DNA of 64,000 bases from Magallana gigas (Eukaryota), in contig NC_088854.1 in assembly GCF_963853765.1 (NCBI RefSeq), positions 7,440,001 to 7,504,000 of the forward strand. The letters run 5' to 3'. The position numbers and the translations under genes are program-made. The notes beneath the pieces were generated by a model. The model worked only from the letters and a program-made list of their open reading frames with translations, searched no databases and was not told the origin of the DNA. Shown piece after piece: positions 11,669 through 28,596 of this stretch; position 1 is the first letter of the stretch; every line of letters begins with the position of its first letter.

Positions 11669-14600
11669 ATGGAAATTGAATATACCCAACACAGTGCATC
11701 GCCAGTAAAACGTGTGATATCGGTGATCCCAGAGGTGATCCCAGAGGACTCTGAACAGTTACCAGAATTGGAATTTACCGCTTCCCGTCTCAGTCGCAAT
11801 GAATCCCGTGCGATGATGTCACGTGCTTTATCCCGGAACCTGACACGGGCATCCTTAAAAATTCCGTCATTTGTTGGTGGACGTAGCTCTAAGACATTCT
11901 TCGTTGATCCGCCCACCAAACCACAGTTTGATCCCGATGATGACTACGACTTCGACTTTGAAAGTGACGAAGGTACACACAGTCTCCCTCCTCCCCTCCG
12001 CATCCCCCCCCCCATTTTTTGAAGACCGATTACAAAATCTACTTTGAGAAACATAAAATTATTTTATTCACGAAAAGGGGCCATTTTTTTTTATCTGTTG
12101 GATGATCATTTGTATTATATTAAATGATAAATAGCAAAACTGATAGGGCTTTCAGTTTCAATAGGTATATTGTTAAATAAAATTGACACTCAAATTTTTG
12201 TTCCCTATTGAAAATGCCTTACTAAAGCATTTTTAACACTAAAATTGGGGGAAAAAATTATCAAAATCGTGACCATGCCCCTTTACAGAAACCTGAGAGC
12301 TTTGCTTGAGTGTAACGTGGCTGGGTTTTCGTATATTCATTCGTTAGTGTTACACGTATAATTAATTTAGTGTAATGCTTGCACAGACCATTTCCCTACG
12401 TCACAATGACTTGCAGTTTCTATCAAGACGTTATTAGTATATTCACTTGTGATATTAAGGAACATGATTCGTCTTGATATGTATTTTTCCTTTTATAAAA
12501 AAATGAAGAATATAGAATAAATTCGATAGACTCTACCAAATTTATTTGATGGTATCAGTTGCAACCTTTTAAGTTTCTGTTCAAGTTATAAATTGTTTCA
12601 CGTTAAATGAAGCTATTAAATTGATTCCTCGGGTATTTGATATTTATAAACACTAACAGTGGGGTTTTATAATAAAAGTCAAGTGAAAATGGATATTAAC
12701 ACTATCTTTACAACAAGATCGTTGAGTGAGAATAAAGGACAATGGAATTTTGAGAGATTTTTAAATGCCATTTTTCAATATGGATTTCTTAATACTTATA
12801 TTGGTTTGTAATCGTGTATTAATTTCAAAAACCAATTTAATGTCATTTTGTATCACCTTTAAAGTGTGTAAATACCAGCATTATGCATCACCTCTGCTCT
12901 TTATTCATTTTGTAAAGCTTACTTTTCAATTATATTAACGAGAAAGCACCCTGTAACAATTTCAATTCTAATTTCAAAAATGTAGAACAAATTACCAAAA
13001 AAGAATAGAAAATGAAAATTATTAAAACCAGTATAAGGCATTGCCAGTTTATGGATACCATGAGGCCGAGTAGAGCAAGATGAAATTCTCATTGTGAACC
13101 AATGTTAAAGTAAACAAATAGACAACACAGAAGCGATGGGGGTTGTGGATATTACCACGGGTGAGCATGGTGGCTGTTTAATCTGGACGAGGCAATGATA
13201 AGGCTCCCCTTTAAAGATCACGGCCTCTATGAAATAATCAATCAGTCATTGTTGATCTAATCTTTGAGCTAGTTTCTATTATTACAAATCAAAATGAATG
13301 TTCATGGTCCGTATCGCCTCTTAGACGAGACATACGGCAGAGATTGACAGTGACTACCAGGGAAGACTCGGATAATGATTAGTCTTAAGTGAGCAATATT
13401 ACGCTTCATCACTGATATGGATAGTAAGTTCTTCAAACATTTAAGTGAAAATTCTTCTTGATTTGATAACATTCCTCGATGTCATTAAAGAAATGATTAT
13501 AAATCGTATTTAGTATAATTTTCAATTTTTATTTTCTTTCAGAATATCAGTAAAAAAAAATATGATTATCATATATATAATATCAACAGACTCAACCAAT
13601 CTTTGTATTTCAGAGGAATCTTCACCTATTAGCTATGACTCTGTGGAAGACGTTCACAGGCGAGCCTACAAAACCTTCTGTAAACAGCTGGGGGTCATGC
13701 CATGCTCCAAGGTGCTACGGCAGTTCGGCAAAACGTCCATCAACTTAGCTGACCTTAACCTTTCTAACAAGGAGCTCAAGGCTGCCTTAATGACATTCAT
13801 AGTAGGTTCTATACGTCCTCTTTATGTGTCTTCGGATAGTTATACAAGTTATCTAACTAAAATCAAATTAAAAAAGAGCATATTGAACGGCCTTTTTACA
13901 GAACATTTTCAGAGATGATGATGGCGATTATAGTGACGAAGACAGTGAGGTATACCCGGTTGATTGCTTAACGCATGCGTGCCTGTTTTAGCTTTGGTGA
14001 TGGGCAACAAGTTCAATGCTTTTTGCTTTTGTTGCACTTTTATATAGCTTAGAAAGTTATTGTTATACACTTGTATAGTATAGGAGAGTCTTGTTTGTTA
14101 ATTTGATTTTTTATTAAGGGAGCAAGAGAAAAGTTTACATCTTTAACAAAGTTTTGTTTTTGCTAGAACGATGGAGAAATTTATGAGATTAATTTGTCGG
14201 GAAATAAATTGACCACCAAAGAAATGGAGTACGTTATAGATCTCCTGACAGTAAATAAAAGGGTCTCAAATTTGGTAAGTATGCTTTTGTATTGCAGCTT
14301 AAATAATGTGATGAACGATAAATTGAAATGAATATACGGTAAACATTAAATTTTGCTCTAGACAAAGTGTGTATTTCAATTTCAATTTTTTTGATTCACT
14401 TTTTGATATTTTAAAGAAAGAAAAGCAACTACAGGTTACGTTACCATTTAGAATTTAAAATAAGCCATAATAATATCAAAAATATTTCTTAAAAATCATA
14501 CATTCTAAAATGATATTTAAACATTGGTGGTTCATGCGGGATATGAAGGTGGTGACATTGCAGGAAAAAATATATAAACCGCGGGTTATGTAAAAATAAA

Positions 14601-17600
14601 TTGACAAGAGTTAACAAATTAAAAAGTCTGGGAAATTTGACATGTATTTATTCATTTTTAACCACATTTGAATAATTTTCTCTTCTTCTACCATTGGCAG
14701 TAATCTGTTGTCCCGCTGTATGATTTTTTAAGACTGATTATCCTCATTGAAATAAATTCTTAGATATTGAATTTATCGATGAGGGCAATGAAAAAAAACA
14801 TTGACGCATATTATTTGTGTAAAATTTATTTTAACTCAAAGAAATCAATTTAAAAGCTTGCGTTGTCCATTCTGATTTGTAATAATAAAACATTGTAAAT
14901 CACCGAAGTTTCTTTACATGAATTCTCGACCATTTAAGCGCCGGTTTTGATCGGCATTTAATATGAGGATGTTTGTTTGACGATTTATTGGAGATAAATC
15001 AAGTTGACGCTTAAAAAAAATAACTAAGGGCTTTTAAAATCCGTATATATTAAAGCTTCAGAATAAATTAACATTGGCTTCTTTCTTGTGACATTAGCAT
15101 ATAAATATGAAATATATCCACAGGTCTTGTCGGGTTGTCATTTGGCGGGAGAATCCTTGGACAAACTGGCGGACTTCCTCAGAAAATCAAACACCATCCA
15201 GAAACTGGACCTCAGCAGTAAGTATACAAGACAAAATCACATCGCATGCATGCGGAAATAAAATATCTTTGAAAAACGAATTTAAAAAAATCAAGTAATG
15301 TGTAATGAATGCAGAGCCCCTTTTTAAAATTGAAATTACTTTTTGTATGAAACAAACCATAATTTAAAATATCTTGACTCTAATGGAGATGGGGATGGAG
15401 ACTTTGTATACACGTGGTTATTTTACACAGGCATTATTTCAAAATCAAAAAGATTTGAATAAGCAAACAAACTTAAAAAGGTTTTTAAACAAGACTAATA
15501 CATGTAAACACTTGGTACACAAGAAACCATTAACTGAAATAGTTTCATCTGATATAAAGTCGATCTGATCGAGTAAATACAGCACACTCTGGCCACCATT
15601 ATTTATATTACTCATGTGCAGCTGATGTAAGCACAAAATCAGTATTATTGGTCCATTAATTTCCTACTCTTTGTACTGAGACATGTTGGAATACTTCATG
15701 TTTTGAATTTTTTTTTCAGACAACGATTTAACAGACAAAGACGCTGAAGCACTATGTAAAATTATTCAGGTAGAGCAATCAATCAAACTTTCAAAATTGA
15801 CCACACACAAAAACAACAACAACAACAAGAGATGAAACAATTTTTAAAACATTTGAAATAGAAATAAACTCAAACTAGAAATATGCCTGGATAGTATTCA
15901 ATTACGACTTTTTTCATTATTTAGGATAATGAAAGCATCTTTGAGTTGATTTTAGCTCACAATAACTTAGGGGAGGGAGGTGTAGCTATTGGAAACGCTT
16001 TAGGTAAGTCACAGATGAGAGATTTCATTGTTTTTATATATAATAGACCTCTTATAAATAGAAATACTGGTTAGTCATTAAATGATTTTCAGAGAAAAAC
16101 GATACCCTGAGATCCTTAGATCTTAGCTGGAACCACATACGAGTCATCGGTGCAGTAGGACTGGCAAAAGGTGTCCAGGTAAAGACCGTTTGTTTTAGAT
16201 TTCACCTTCTATAGGTAGATGTCTTACATTCAAGAATCATCAAGAATCCTACTTTATTTCATCTTAAAGTGCACCCAAGAAATTAAATACAAATTGTTTC
16301 CGTAGAAAAACTGCCATCTGGAAAAACTAATCCTGGCTTGGAATGGGTTTGGTTTTGAGGGCAGTGTAGCCCTAAAGAGACTTCTGGAAAACAACACATC
16401 ATTACTTCATCTTGACCTCTCTTGCAACCGGATCCATCCGCCTGCATTATTTGAAATTATTAAAGGGCTGGAGAAAAATAAAACATTATCTTTACTTAAT
16501 GTAAGACAAAATTGTTTATTTCTACTAAGAGTATTTATAAAAGTAATGCAATCTTTGAGGTGCTAATAGATGCGGTGTAATTGATGTTAATGAGGCGGTG
16601 GTAACGTGAACTCTTTTAACCACATCCTTCTATTTCTTAAGCTTTCACAGAATCCTATTACGGCACCGATGACGTCAATATTTTTGAGTCGTCTGCTTCG
16701 CGCAAAACACTCTGGTCTTCAAGAACTCGATCTAGCGGTATGTGGGCAGCGTTTTGGAATTCATTCATTCAGTAATTATTCTATGATTCTTTGAATTGTT
16801 TTCACCAATATGTCATACACAGGTATTTAACTTTTATGTTTGATATTTTACAGGGCATTGTTGTGGACAAAGAATTCGAATCGGTGTTAGAAAAAATAAG
16901 AGAGAAAAGACTCTTTACTGTACGATATGATACCTCACTTCCGGTGAACAAAGGAGCCGCAGTGAAAGTTGATCCTAAGAACGTGTTTAACATTGACCCA
17001 ATCAGAATCCTGTATTTCATGAAAGAACATTTAAGGACCATAGATTTATTTTTGAAATTTGATAAGGATTCTAACAACTGTCTTACACGGGATGAAATGC
17101 AATTAGCTTTTGAGGTACAGTGAATTTAAAGATTAGGTTTAACGGATACATGCATGTTACTGTTTTCAACCAGTTTCAGTACGAAAGACTGAAAAGATTA
17201 ACGGTTAATTAAACTTTTTCCAAGTTTTGCGGGACCTTCTGATAATAGACATACTGTGGTTTTCACATAATTAAAGAAGTAATACCTTGTTATTACACCT
17301 GTAGATGGAGGGATACCCAATAAGCCAGGAGGCCATGGATTCCGTCATGTCGTACCTAGACACCAACAAAGATGGCAGCGTCGACTTACTGTAAGTGATG
17401 GCTATCAGTGTTTACTATACCATGTGTCTTAACATCGTGATGTGATGAATTGTTGATCTTAACAATTGTTTTTAAAGTATTCCATTATTACAAGAAGAAA
17501 TTGAGCGACTTCATACAAAATTCCCGGGGACTTACAGGTAGTTTCACGTTTGGTAGGACATCACCCCTGTATCGTGCTTCAGGGCGCTTTGTAGAGTCAC

Positions 17601-18573
17601 ACAAACACCGATTTACACAGCAAAAAGTTTCTTGGGAAACCATTGCATGATTTAGCACAATATTGGAACCATTTTTACAAGAGCTTGGACTTTGGTAGTT
17701 GTGTTAAACAGCAATATGACGTAGACCTGTCTATTTTATTGTTGGCCCAACAAGTTTTGTCTGGCTTTTGAGCTAAGACTACGCATTTTATTTGAATTTC
17801 ACTCTAACCAGCCTCATTTTAACATGTTTTGATACAAGAAACAGAGGTTTCGCCCTACTGAAATTCCAATGTATTGTTAAAATGGTTTTATTATTCGCTT
17901 TATCTAAATTTACCGTAACTTATCTAAAACATTGTAGCTGATATGCGTACAAGCATAGCTTGGAACTAGATTAAAATCCTACCCAATGGTTGCGCAGGAA
18001 ATGCACTTAGCTTTATATATCAGCATACAAAATTGGAAGCGGTGCACTGTGAGCTTAGCTAGAAGTTTTCTTGAATATCGCTTTTAGTTTATTGCTCTGT
18101 TTTATCAATATTCGTTGAATACCAAGTATCGAATAAATTATTTTATTGAAATTTAGTAATTAAATTTATAAGATCTTAATCAACTAATTTAGGTATTGTT
18201 TAAATTAATTTTTATAAACATCCATAAAATAAATACATGTACTTACGAACATAGATGAAATCAAAGTTTATCATGCTATGTCATGTGATCTTGTTCGGTC
18301 AAGAAACTTAAAAAATGACACCACGCTTAAACACAACTGGGTAACCCAATTCAAAACTACCAATTTCTGGTTTGTTTTTGTCTGTTACGCACTATTTTTT
18401 TTAATTCTAGAGAGTTTATCGACGGTGAACGGAAGTTAAAGAGGAAATTAATTCAAGAAAGAGAGGAGCAAAAGTTACGCCAATCAGCGGAAGAGGAACT
18501 CCGTGGAGGTCATGAATACTCACAGGCGTACCGCCGTCCAGCCAATCCAAAGCTACCTCCTATCAGAAAATGA
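11669..18573 (+). CDS. LRRC74-like leucine-rich repeat (RI-type) protein with a C-terminal EF-hand pair, 569 aa
   Basis: 12 phase-consistent exons: 11669-11972, 13614-13801, 14167-14274, 15124-15217, 15720-15769, 15925-16003, 16093-16178, 16306-16500, 16642-16737, 16854-17114, 17305-17390, 18411-18573 (1710 nt). LRRs include LDLSWNHI, LILAWNGF and LDLSCNRI. EF loops DKDSNNCLTRDE and DTNKDGSVDLLE. Confidence 0.9.
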
Positions 18574-19229
18574 GTCGTCTGTGTTTCTGTGTCCCAAGTT
18601 ACTTCTACAACTGGGCGTAGTAAGGTGCTACTGTGATTATTTTTATAGACTATTTAAAATGGACCTGAATTATAAGAGTCCGTACTATATGGATCAAGGT
18701 CAACCCGAAGGTGTTTTTATTTGCTAGATTATGACCGTAAAATCAAATATGTGATCCATTATTTAGACCAATACAACAAACTAAAACTTTGGAAGGTCGA
18801 GCAAGTTTATGCCATGTTTATAATAATCGTTGATCATGTGGTAGACCATTAAGATTAAAGTGAATAATAACTTTTGAGGTACACTTTCTCCTTTCTCAAA
18901 CGGGATACTTTGAAAGAAGTCAGTAGCCAGGCAAAGAAGACAAAAAGATATCATAAAATTCAGAAGTCTATCGGTCTATTTTGGACCATGTTGCACACTA
19001 ACGTAGTGGAAAATTTCCATTGGTGTTCCTTCAGCGTACACTAGATGTTACATCGGTCCTAAAACGCCGTCATGTCGCAGGCCTCCGGCAGGTTGCAAAA
19101 TACGTATATTCATCTTTTGCACGCAAAAAAAACTTTATTGTTCAGAAAATAAACATAACTATAATATTAAAGATTAAATCAAAACATGGGATGCAAACTC
19201 AAGGATTCCAATTGAATTGTTATTTTTAT

Positions 19230-19430
19230 ATATATTTTCAATGATTCATATCGTATCTTTGTTTACCTCTTGACGCTGTGTTATTTTCCTTTTTTCATTT
19301 ATTATGTGTTTAAAGTGGCATACAAGCCCGACGGGCTGGATGTTAAAATTTATACTTATTACTGTATATACACTGTATTCCATTTTAAATTGTATACACA
19401 TGTCACACTAAGTAAATAAATAACTTACTT
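19230..19430 (+). mobile_element. Probable LINE 3'-UTR remnant
   Basis: GGCATACAAGCCCGACGGGCTGGATG is followed by AAATAAATAA and a CTTACTT tail, which resembles CR1/L2-type 3' ends. No coding remnant. Confidence 0.35.
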
Positions 19431-19846
19431 TTATGATATAATGTATACATTCAGAGTATGTTTTACCTTATTGCTTTTGAAATCTGGGACGTTTAATTTC
19501 TTGTAAAAACACTTGGCCTATTCACGGCACATATATAAAAACGTCATCACGCGTTTTGAATATATTTATTATTGTAAGATTATAAGAAATGTTCGAACTT
19601 ACAAAACCAATTTGATATGTACTTATGAAAAATAATCGATAAATCATGTATTTTCGTGAATAAAAAATATTTGTCTCGACAAAGTTTCTGGCACTGTATT
19701 TTTAGTCGCGAAATTGAACTAAATAACATGTTAATATGACTGTTCCGTGTATGTTTCATATTCCTGATTTAGAGCGTATATAATGGCTTTAAAGCGACGA
19801 TACACAAATACTTCATATAAATAAAGATTAAATATAATTATAACTA

Positions 19847-20096
19847 TAAGCATTGAATGCTTATTTTTAGATGTCATTGGTCCTATAACACACCAAGGCT
19901 GTCCAGACAAATTGAATATCGCGCGTTAGCGCTGTATTATTACACCAAGGCTGTCCACACAAATTGAATATCGCGCGTTAGCGCTGTATTATAATAATAA
20001 TAATAATACAGCGCTAACGCGCAATATTCAATTTGTCTGGACAGCCTTGGTGTGTTATAGGACCGACGACATCCAAAAATGAGCATTCAATGCTTA
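19847..20096. mobile_element. 250-bp foldback MITE (TA termini) with an internal 49-bp duplication
   Basis: Arms TAAGCATTGAATGC...GCGCGTTAGCGCTGTATTAT and their reverse complement surround an (ATA)n spacer. The left arm carries a tandem copy of ACACCAAGGCTGTCC...GCGCTGTATT. Confidence 0.85.
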
Positions 20097-20582
20097 AATT
20101 AATTTTAAAATAGCAGATTAATATTTGGTTAGGTTATTTTTTTTCTCCTACATGTATTCTGCCCTTTTTTCACTTGTTTTTTTTCGGTGTTATTTTAAGT
20201 AACATTTAACCTGCACAATATATTAAAAGATCAGTAGTATTACAGCTGTATATAGATAGTAAATCAATAGGTGGACAGTGAACTTAGCTAGATATCTTTT
20301 GAAACTACTGGAGTAATTAAAACATAGCATGATTTAATTCAAGATATGTACAAACGAATACTCTCTTGAAGCCAAACAGAATCTAAATCTGCCTCAAATC
20401 GGAAATGAGATAATGAAGACACGAATAGATACATGTATCAACGAATAAATATAATTCTCTCTCTCTCTCTCTTTTCCTCTTTCATATAGGTAAATGTTGT
20501 AATTAGGAAGCATAGTCGTATATTTTTTATTACAATATAAACAGCCACAATCATCTCAGAAATATTCTATGCATGATAGGTG

Positions 20583-23784
<3,202 letters not shown>

Positions 23785-24664
23785 GGCCAACTAGGATTCT
23801 TGCGTCCTGATTTGTACGATTCCACTCTGTTTCCTGAAAGAACTTATTTTTATCTCAAGGGTCGTTTATAGGTATGGGAAGTATAGATTTCGCAGACATA
23901 TGTGCGAAATTGAAAGTTTGATAAAAGACGTTTAATCTCTAACACAGGTTGAAACCAGATTGACTTGAAATGATATCCCTATAAATGGTTTTTGAAATGA
24001 CTTTTTTAAATTAGGCATATATCTACAAGGTATTTAGATATATTTTAATACTCTCTTTATTTTATGATTTAATGAATTACTGACCATTATTATTACTTTA
24101 TTATGGTAACTTTATGAAATTTACTATAAGGCCTCTTACTTTTCGATTATTGTCAGATCATCATTTGAGGCACTACACATCGTTTTGACAGGAACTATCT
24201 TAGGACGTGAAATTGACGTCTTTATAAAACATTTTCCGTTCTGAATTTATAATTCCATGACCAGTGCGAAGCTAATGTGTATTTCTGATCTATTGAAAAA
24301 TAATGGGCGGGGCATCTCTTTGATCGCGACATCTCTTTGATCGCGACTATAACTGTAATAGAATAAGGAATATTTTCTGAGGAGTCAAAATGCCAACATT
24401 TGCAGGAAAGCTTCTATATACTAGCATGCTGTAGATAAATGCTGTTTAGACCATGACCCCCCGACCAATATTGTGATCGAGAGGATGCAACTTAGAAATA
24501 AATTGCTGAGAGTATTTTTAAATCATCTGTTCAAAAACTGCATAGCCATAAACTTCAGTGCTATAATATTACTTTCCAGTTGTATGACTGGTTTCGCATC
24601 GGCTTCGATGAGTTTGATCTCACACGGTAAATTTCAAACGACATGTAACAATAAGTATAATAAT

Positions 24665-25622
24665 TACGGAAGCGTATTAGTGCCTTGTTTGAATTTTTTC
24701 TTCTTTAAAATTCCAGCTTTAATCTTGGAATTTTCAATTTTTATGTTGATTTTTCCAACTTTAATATTGGAATTTTTAACTTTAAAATTGGAATTTCCAA
24801 CTTTAAAATTGGAAATTCCAACTTTAATGTTGGAATTTCCAACTTTTAAATTGATATTTCCAACTTAAAACTTGGAATTTCCAACTTTAAAGATGGAATT
24901 TCTAACTTTAAAATTGGAATTTACAACTAAGTTTTCTAATTTTAATCTTGGAAATTCCAAAATTAAATTTGATTTTTCCAACATTAAAGTTGGAAATTCC
25001 AACTTCAAAGTTGGAAATTAGAAGATTAATGTTGGAAATTCCCACAATTATCTTGGAATTTACAACTTTAAAGTTTGAAATTAGAAGATTAATGTTGGAA
25101 ATTCCCACAATTATCTTGGAATTTACAACTTTAAAGTTTGAATTTCCAATTTTAAAGTTAGAAATTCCATCTTTAAAGTTGGAAATTCCAACTTTAAGAT
25201 TAGAAATTCATAGATAAAAGTTGGATATTCCAAGATTAATGTTGGAAATTCCAAGGTTAAAGTTTAAAAAGCAACTTATATCTTGGAAATTCCAACTTTA
25301 AAACTGGAAATTTATACTTTTAAGTTGGAATTCCCAAGATTAAAGTTGGAAAAATCAGCTTTTAGGTTGGAAAAATATACTTTAAAGTTGGAATTTCTAG
25401 CATTAAAGTGAATTTTTCAACTTTTAAGTTGGAAATTCCAAGATTAATTTTGGAAATTCCAATATTTGAAATTCCAACTTTAAAGTCGAAAAAAAAATCA
25501 ACTTTTAAGTTGGAAATTCCAAGATTTAAGTTGGAAATTCCAAGATTGAAGTTAGAAAAACAACTTGAAAGTTGGAATTTTAAAGAAAAAAAATTACAAA
25601 GTGGCACTAATACGCTTCCGTA
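24665..25622. mobile_element. IS3EU-like non-autonomous foldback element with 21-bp subrepeats
   Basis: TIR TACGGAAGCGTATTAGTGCC. Perfect 6-bp TSD AATAAT (24659-64 and 25623-28). About 40 units of TTGGAAATTCCAACTTTAAAG in two opposed arms. TAY..RTA termini with a 6-bp TSD match the IS3EU description. Confidence 0.8.
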
Positions 25623-26036
25623 AATAATTATCATACATAAAACAAGGAACAGAACAATTTTTGTTTGAATACTCGAAGATGAGTTTACACACCTCGATCG
25701 CCATGTTGTCGTATATTTACTTCTTGGAGTAGAAAAACCTCCTCGAATCGGTGTGTATCATTGAGGCATTCAGGACAAGCTTTTTCATACATGTAACCAG
25801 TGAAAGGAATGCAGCCGACTTGCATGCATTATGTGTTTAATTAAACTTCAATAAATATAATAGCGATTATAAATTTGTTTAAAAAAACAGTAAATAGATA
25901 AGGCATTCAGTGTTGTCTAGCCAATACAATGGGAGTCTCTCTATTTAGCATAAAATTTAATACGTCTCTATATAGCATACAATTTATTACGTTTCTATTT
26001 AGCATAAAATTTTAATACATGAATGCTAGACTTTAA

Positions 26037-26512
26037 AGGGGCATGGTCACAATTTTGGTCAAAAATTATTCTTCCGAGTTTAGTATTTACAATACTTCAG
26101 TAAGGCATCTTTAATAACCAACCGATATTTTAGTGTCATTTTTTTGAGTTATTAACAAGATAGATAAACCAATCGTTTGTTTACATTTTGAATGTTGAAG
26201 TGAAAATTCCAGTTTTAGACCTAAAATGAATATGTGAAACGTTAGGACCTATTTATTTATGCTTAAAATAAATTTAAAAAAAAATAGAAAAATCAGCCAT
26301 AATAAGATTTTTTACTGGTTTATTGAATCTATGTAAACAAAAACAGGACACGAGCCTTTTTTACATAACAAAGAACTGTGAGCCCTGTATCTTGCTTATA
26401 ACTCCACGAAAGACTCTAACATTTCATTTGATCATTAGAAATGCATTTCTAAAGCATTGTAAATAATAAAAAGAGAAAAATAGAATTTGACTAAAATCGT
26501 GACCATGCCCCT
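26037..26512. mobile_element. Kolobok-like non-autonomous DNA transposon
   Basis: TIR AGGGGCATGGTCAC(A/G)ATTTT.GTCAAA with TTAA on both sides. Related end fragments at ~1960 and ~12263-12283. Confidence 0.8.
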
Positions 26513-28150
26513 TTAACCTGTGCATGCATATGATGAACGTCGATCGAAGAAGGGGCTATACTAGTAATTATTTAAAGAATAGCAAAACCATGCTCTTTCT
26601 ACGCCCTCTCTATCTAAACGAGTTTTCCATTAGACGTATAGGCGGATAACCCTTGGTTGGTTGGTTTTCACCCCACCCCGAATATTCTCTTCATACATAT
26701 GTATTTACTAAATTAGTATTTTTTTATTATTAGTATTATATTGTATTAGTATTATAGAATGTGGAACATTTTCTCCCTTTTGGCCGCTTTTCGTCACAGT
26801 TTAAGACACTTCAAACTAAAATATGACCCAAACACTTTTAGGAAGTGCAAATAGTATGACACAGCATATACAACATGTAGTACAGTGGGAAAAGATTGCG
26901 ATGTGTAGAGATTAATTTCATATCTTGAATGATTGTATATTTCACTATCATTTTAATGAAAAAAGGTTTAAAAAATTCAGTTATATATTCTTAAATTATT
27001 GGTGGACAGCAAGATCCTCTGTAGGACGTTTACACTTCTTTGGACTATGAATGTGGAACCACTCAACATTTAATAAAATATATGCGAAGTCTTGGGGATT
27101 ACAAAGTTCAGATTTATTCCGTATCAAATTCCGAATTTTGGGACTTATTATTGCTGGCAATTAGTGAATTATTGCTAATAGAAAATAATAAGTCCTGATT
27201 GGTATAATAAAAGGTCTTACGCAAGTTCAATATTTATAGAGAGACAATTTCTTTTCTCTCTTCTTTTTTTCGGGATTTTATTTTAGGCAAACATTATATT
27301 TTGCACTTGGACTCATTTGCTAGGAAAATCATCACTTTAGTGGAATTGCATACATGTATAAACTCAACCGATTTACGCGGAAGTCTACCGATTTTCTGCT
27401 ATGTCTCACGCCCACCGCTTTTATTAGAAAATCTACCGCTTTTCTTCATTTTGGAAGCCATTGTGGTCAAAATATCTCGTTGGGTTTGAAATTAGCGCGT
27501 GACTTTGAATCGGAGGCACACACACGCTTTTTTGAGCTGGGAGAATGATATTAAGTTTTTAAGCATTTGTTTTACATTGAACGATGAAAGAAACCACTTA
27601 TAGTGATTACATTAGTTACTAGACGACGATATTATCTTCGCCAAGGAAATTTAAAAAAGAAGCTTTGCAATTCAACACGTGGCTTAACGATGACTAAATA
27701 TATCTTTTTATAACAGTAAACTTGATATGCAGTTTATTGCAAAACTGCATGATTTGTGATAAGCATGTAAATATCGTTTTTGATATGAAAAAAATATACG
27801 ATTTCCTATAAGTTTTTACTGCTCTTTTATGTTAAGTTTCGGCAACTTTATCACCGTGCAAAATTCACTGTTTAATTATAACTTTATTTTGGACTTTTCT
27901 TTTAAAATTCAACATCTGTTTTGTAATATTTTCTCACAGTTTATTTCTTACAAAGTTACTTATTTATTTAGTGATTGACACTTTTCGGACTCTATATGTG
28001 ATTTCAAGAGACGGAGTGCCATGTCTCAAGGACTGTTAATCTCTTAAAACAACATTGTGCAATTATCAGTTTTTCATGTCTTGGACATCAAAGACTCATT
28101 GAGTTTATTTAATTATTTTATATCTGTGAACCTTTCACTCAGCTTACTTA

Positions 28151-28596
28151 TGTCATCGCCTGTCAATTTATACTCATTGTTCAGATTCTTATAAATAGTT
28201 ATGTACAATTGTCAATCGGCAGTCTGGAATACGGCGGCCAGCCTCGGCCACGTCCGACTCACCCAGAGTCTTGAGTCCGGAGGCCACTACTGGCCATATC
28301 CGACTTGTTTGTAACATGTCTGTCTGTTAAATTGTTATAATGTTGCCATCGTTGAGTCTCGACCAATAAAAACGGAATCCTGCATTAATTGCCTGTTTAT
28401 TTCTCTGGAACTGTATACTGGTGGACCTTCGGGAATACGGCAAACCTACCCTTCGTTATTACCTTACGGCCTACAGCGCGCCACAACCTTATACCTTATA
28501 CCCTTTACGCCAACATTCCCTCACCCGGTTAGTACTGCACACGACCGATGCAGATCCAGAAGAATTCCCTAGCACCGTAAAATCTACGCGGTCACA
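28151..28596 (+). mobile_element. Solo LTR (446 bp)
   Basis: TG...CA termini (TGTCATCG...GGTCACA). Perfect 5-bp TSD ACTTA (28146-50 and 28597-601). TATAAATA at ~28191 and AATAAA at ~28365. Confidence 0.85.

Noticed and set aside
24473-25634. Several ORFs with LEIPTLK repeats resembling LRR or coiled-coil proteins
   Set aside because: They are translations of the 21-bp subrepeat inside a TIR/TSD-bounded transposon.
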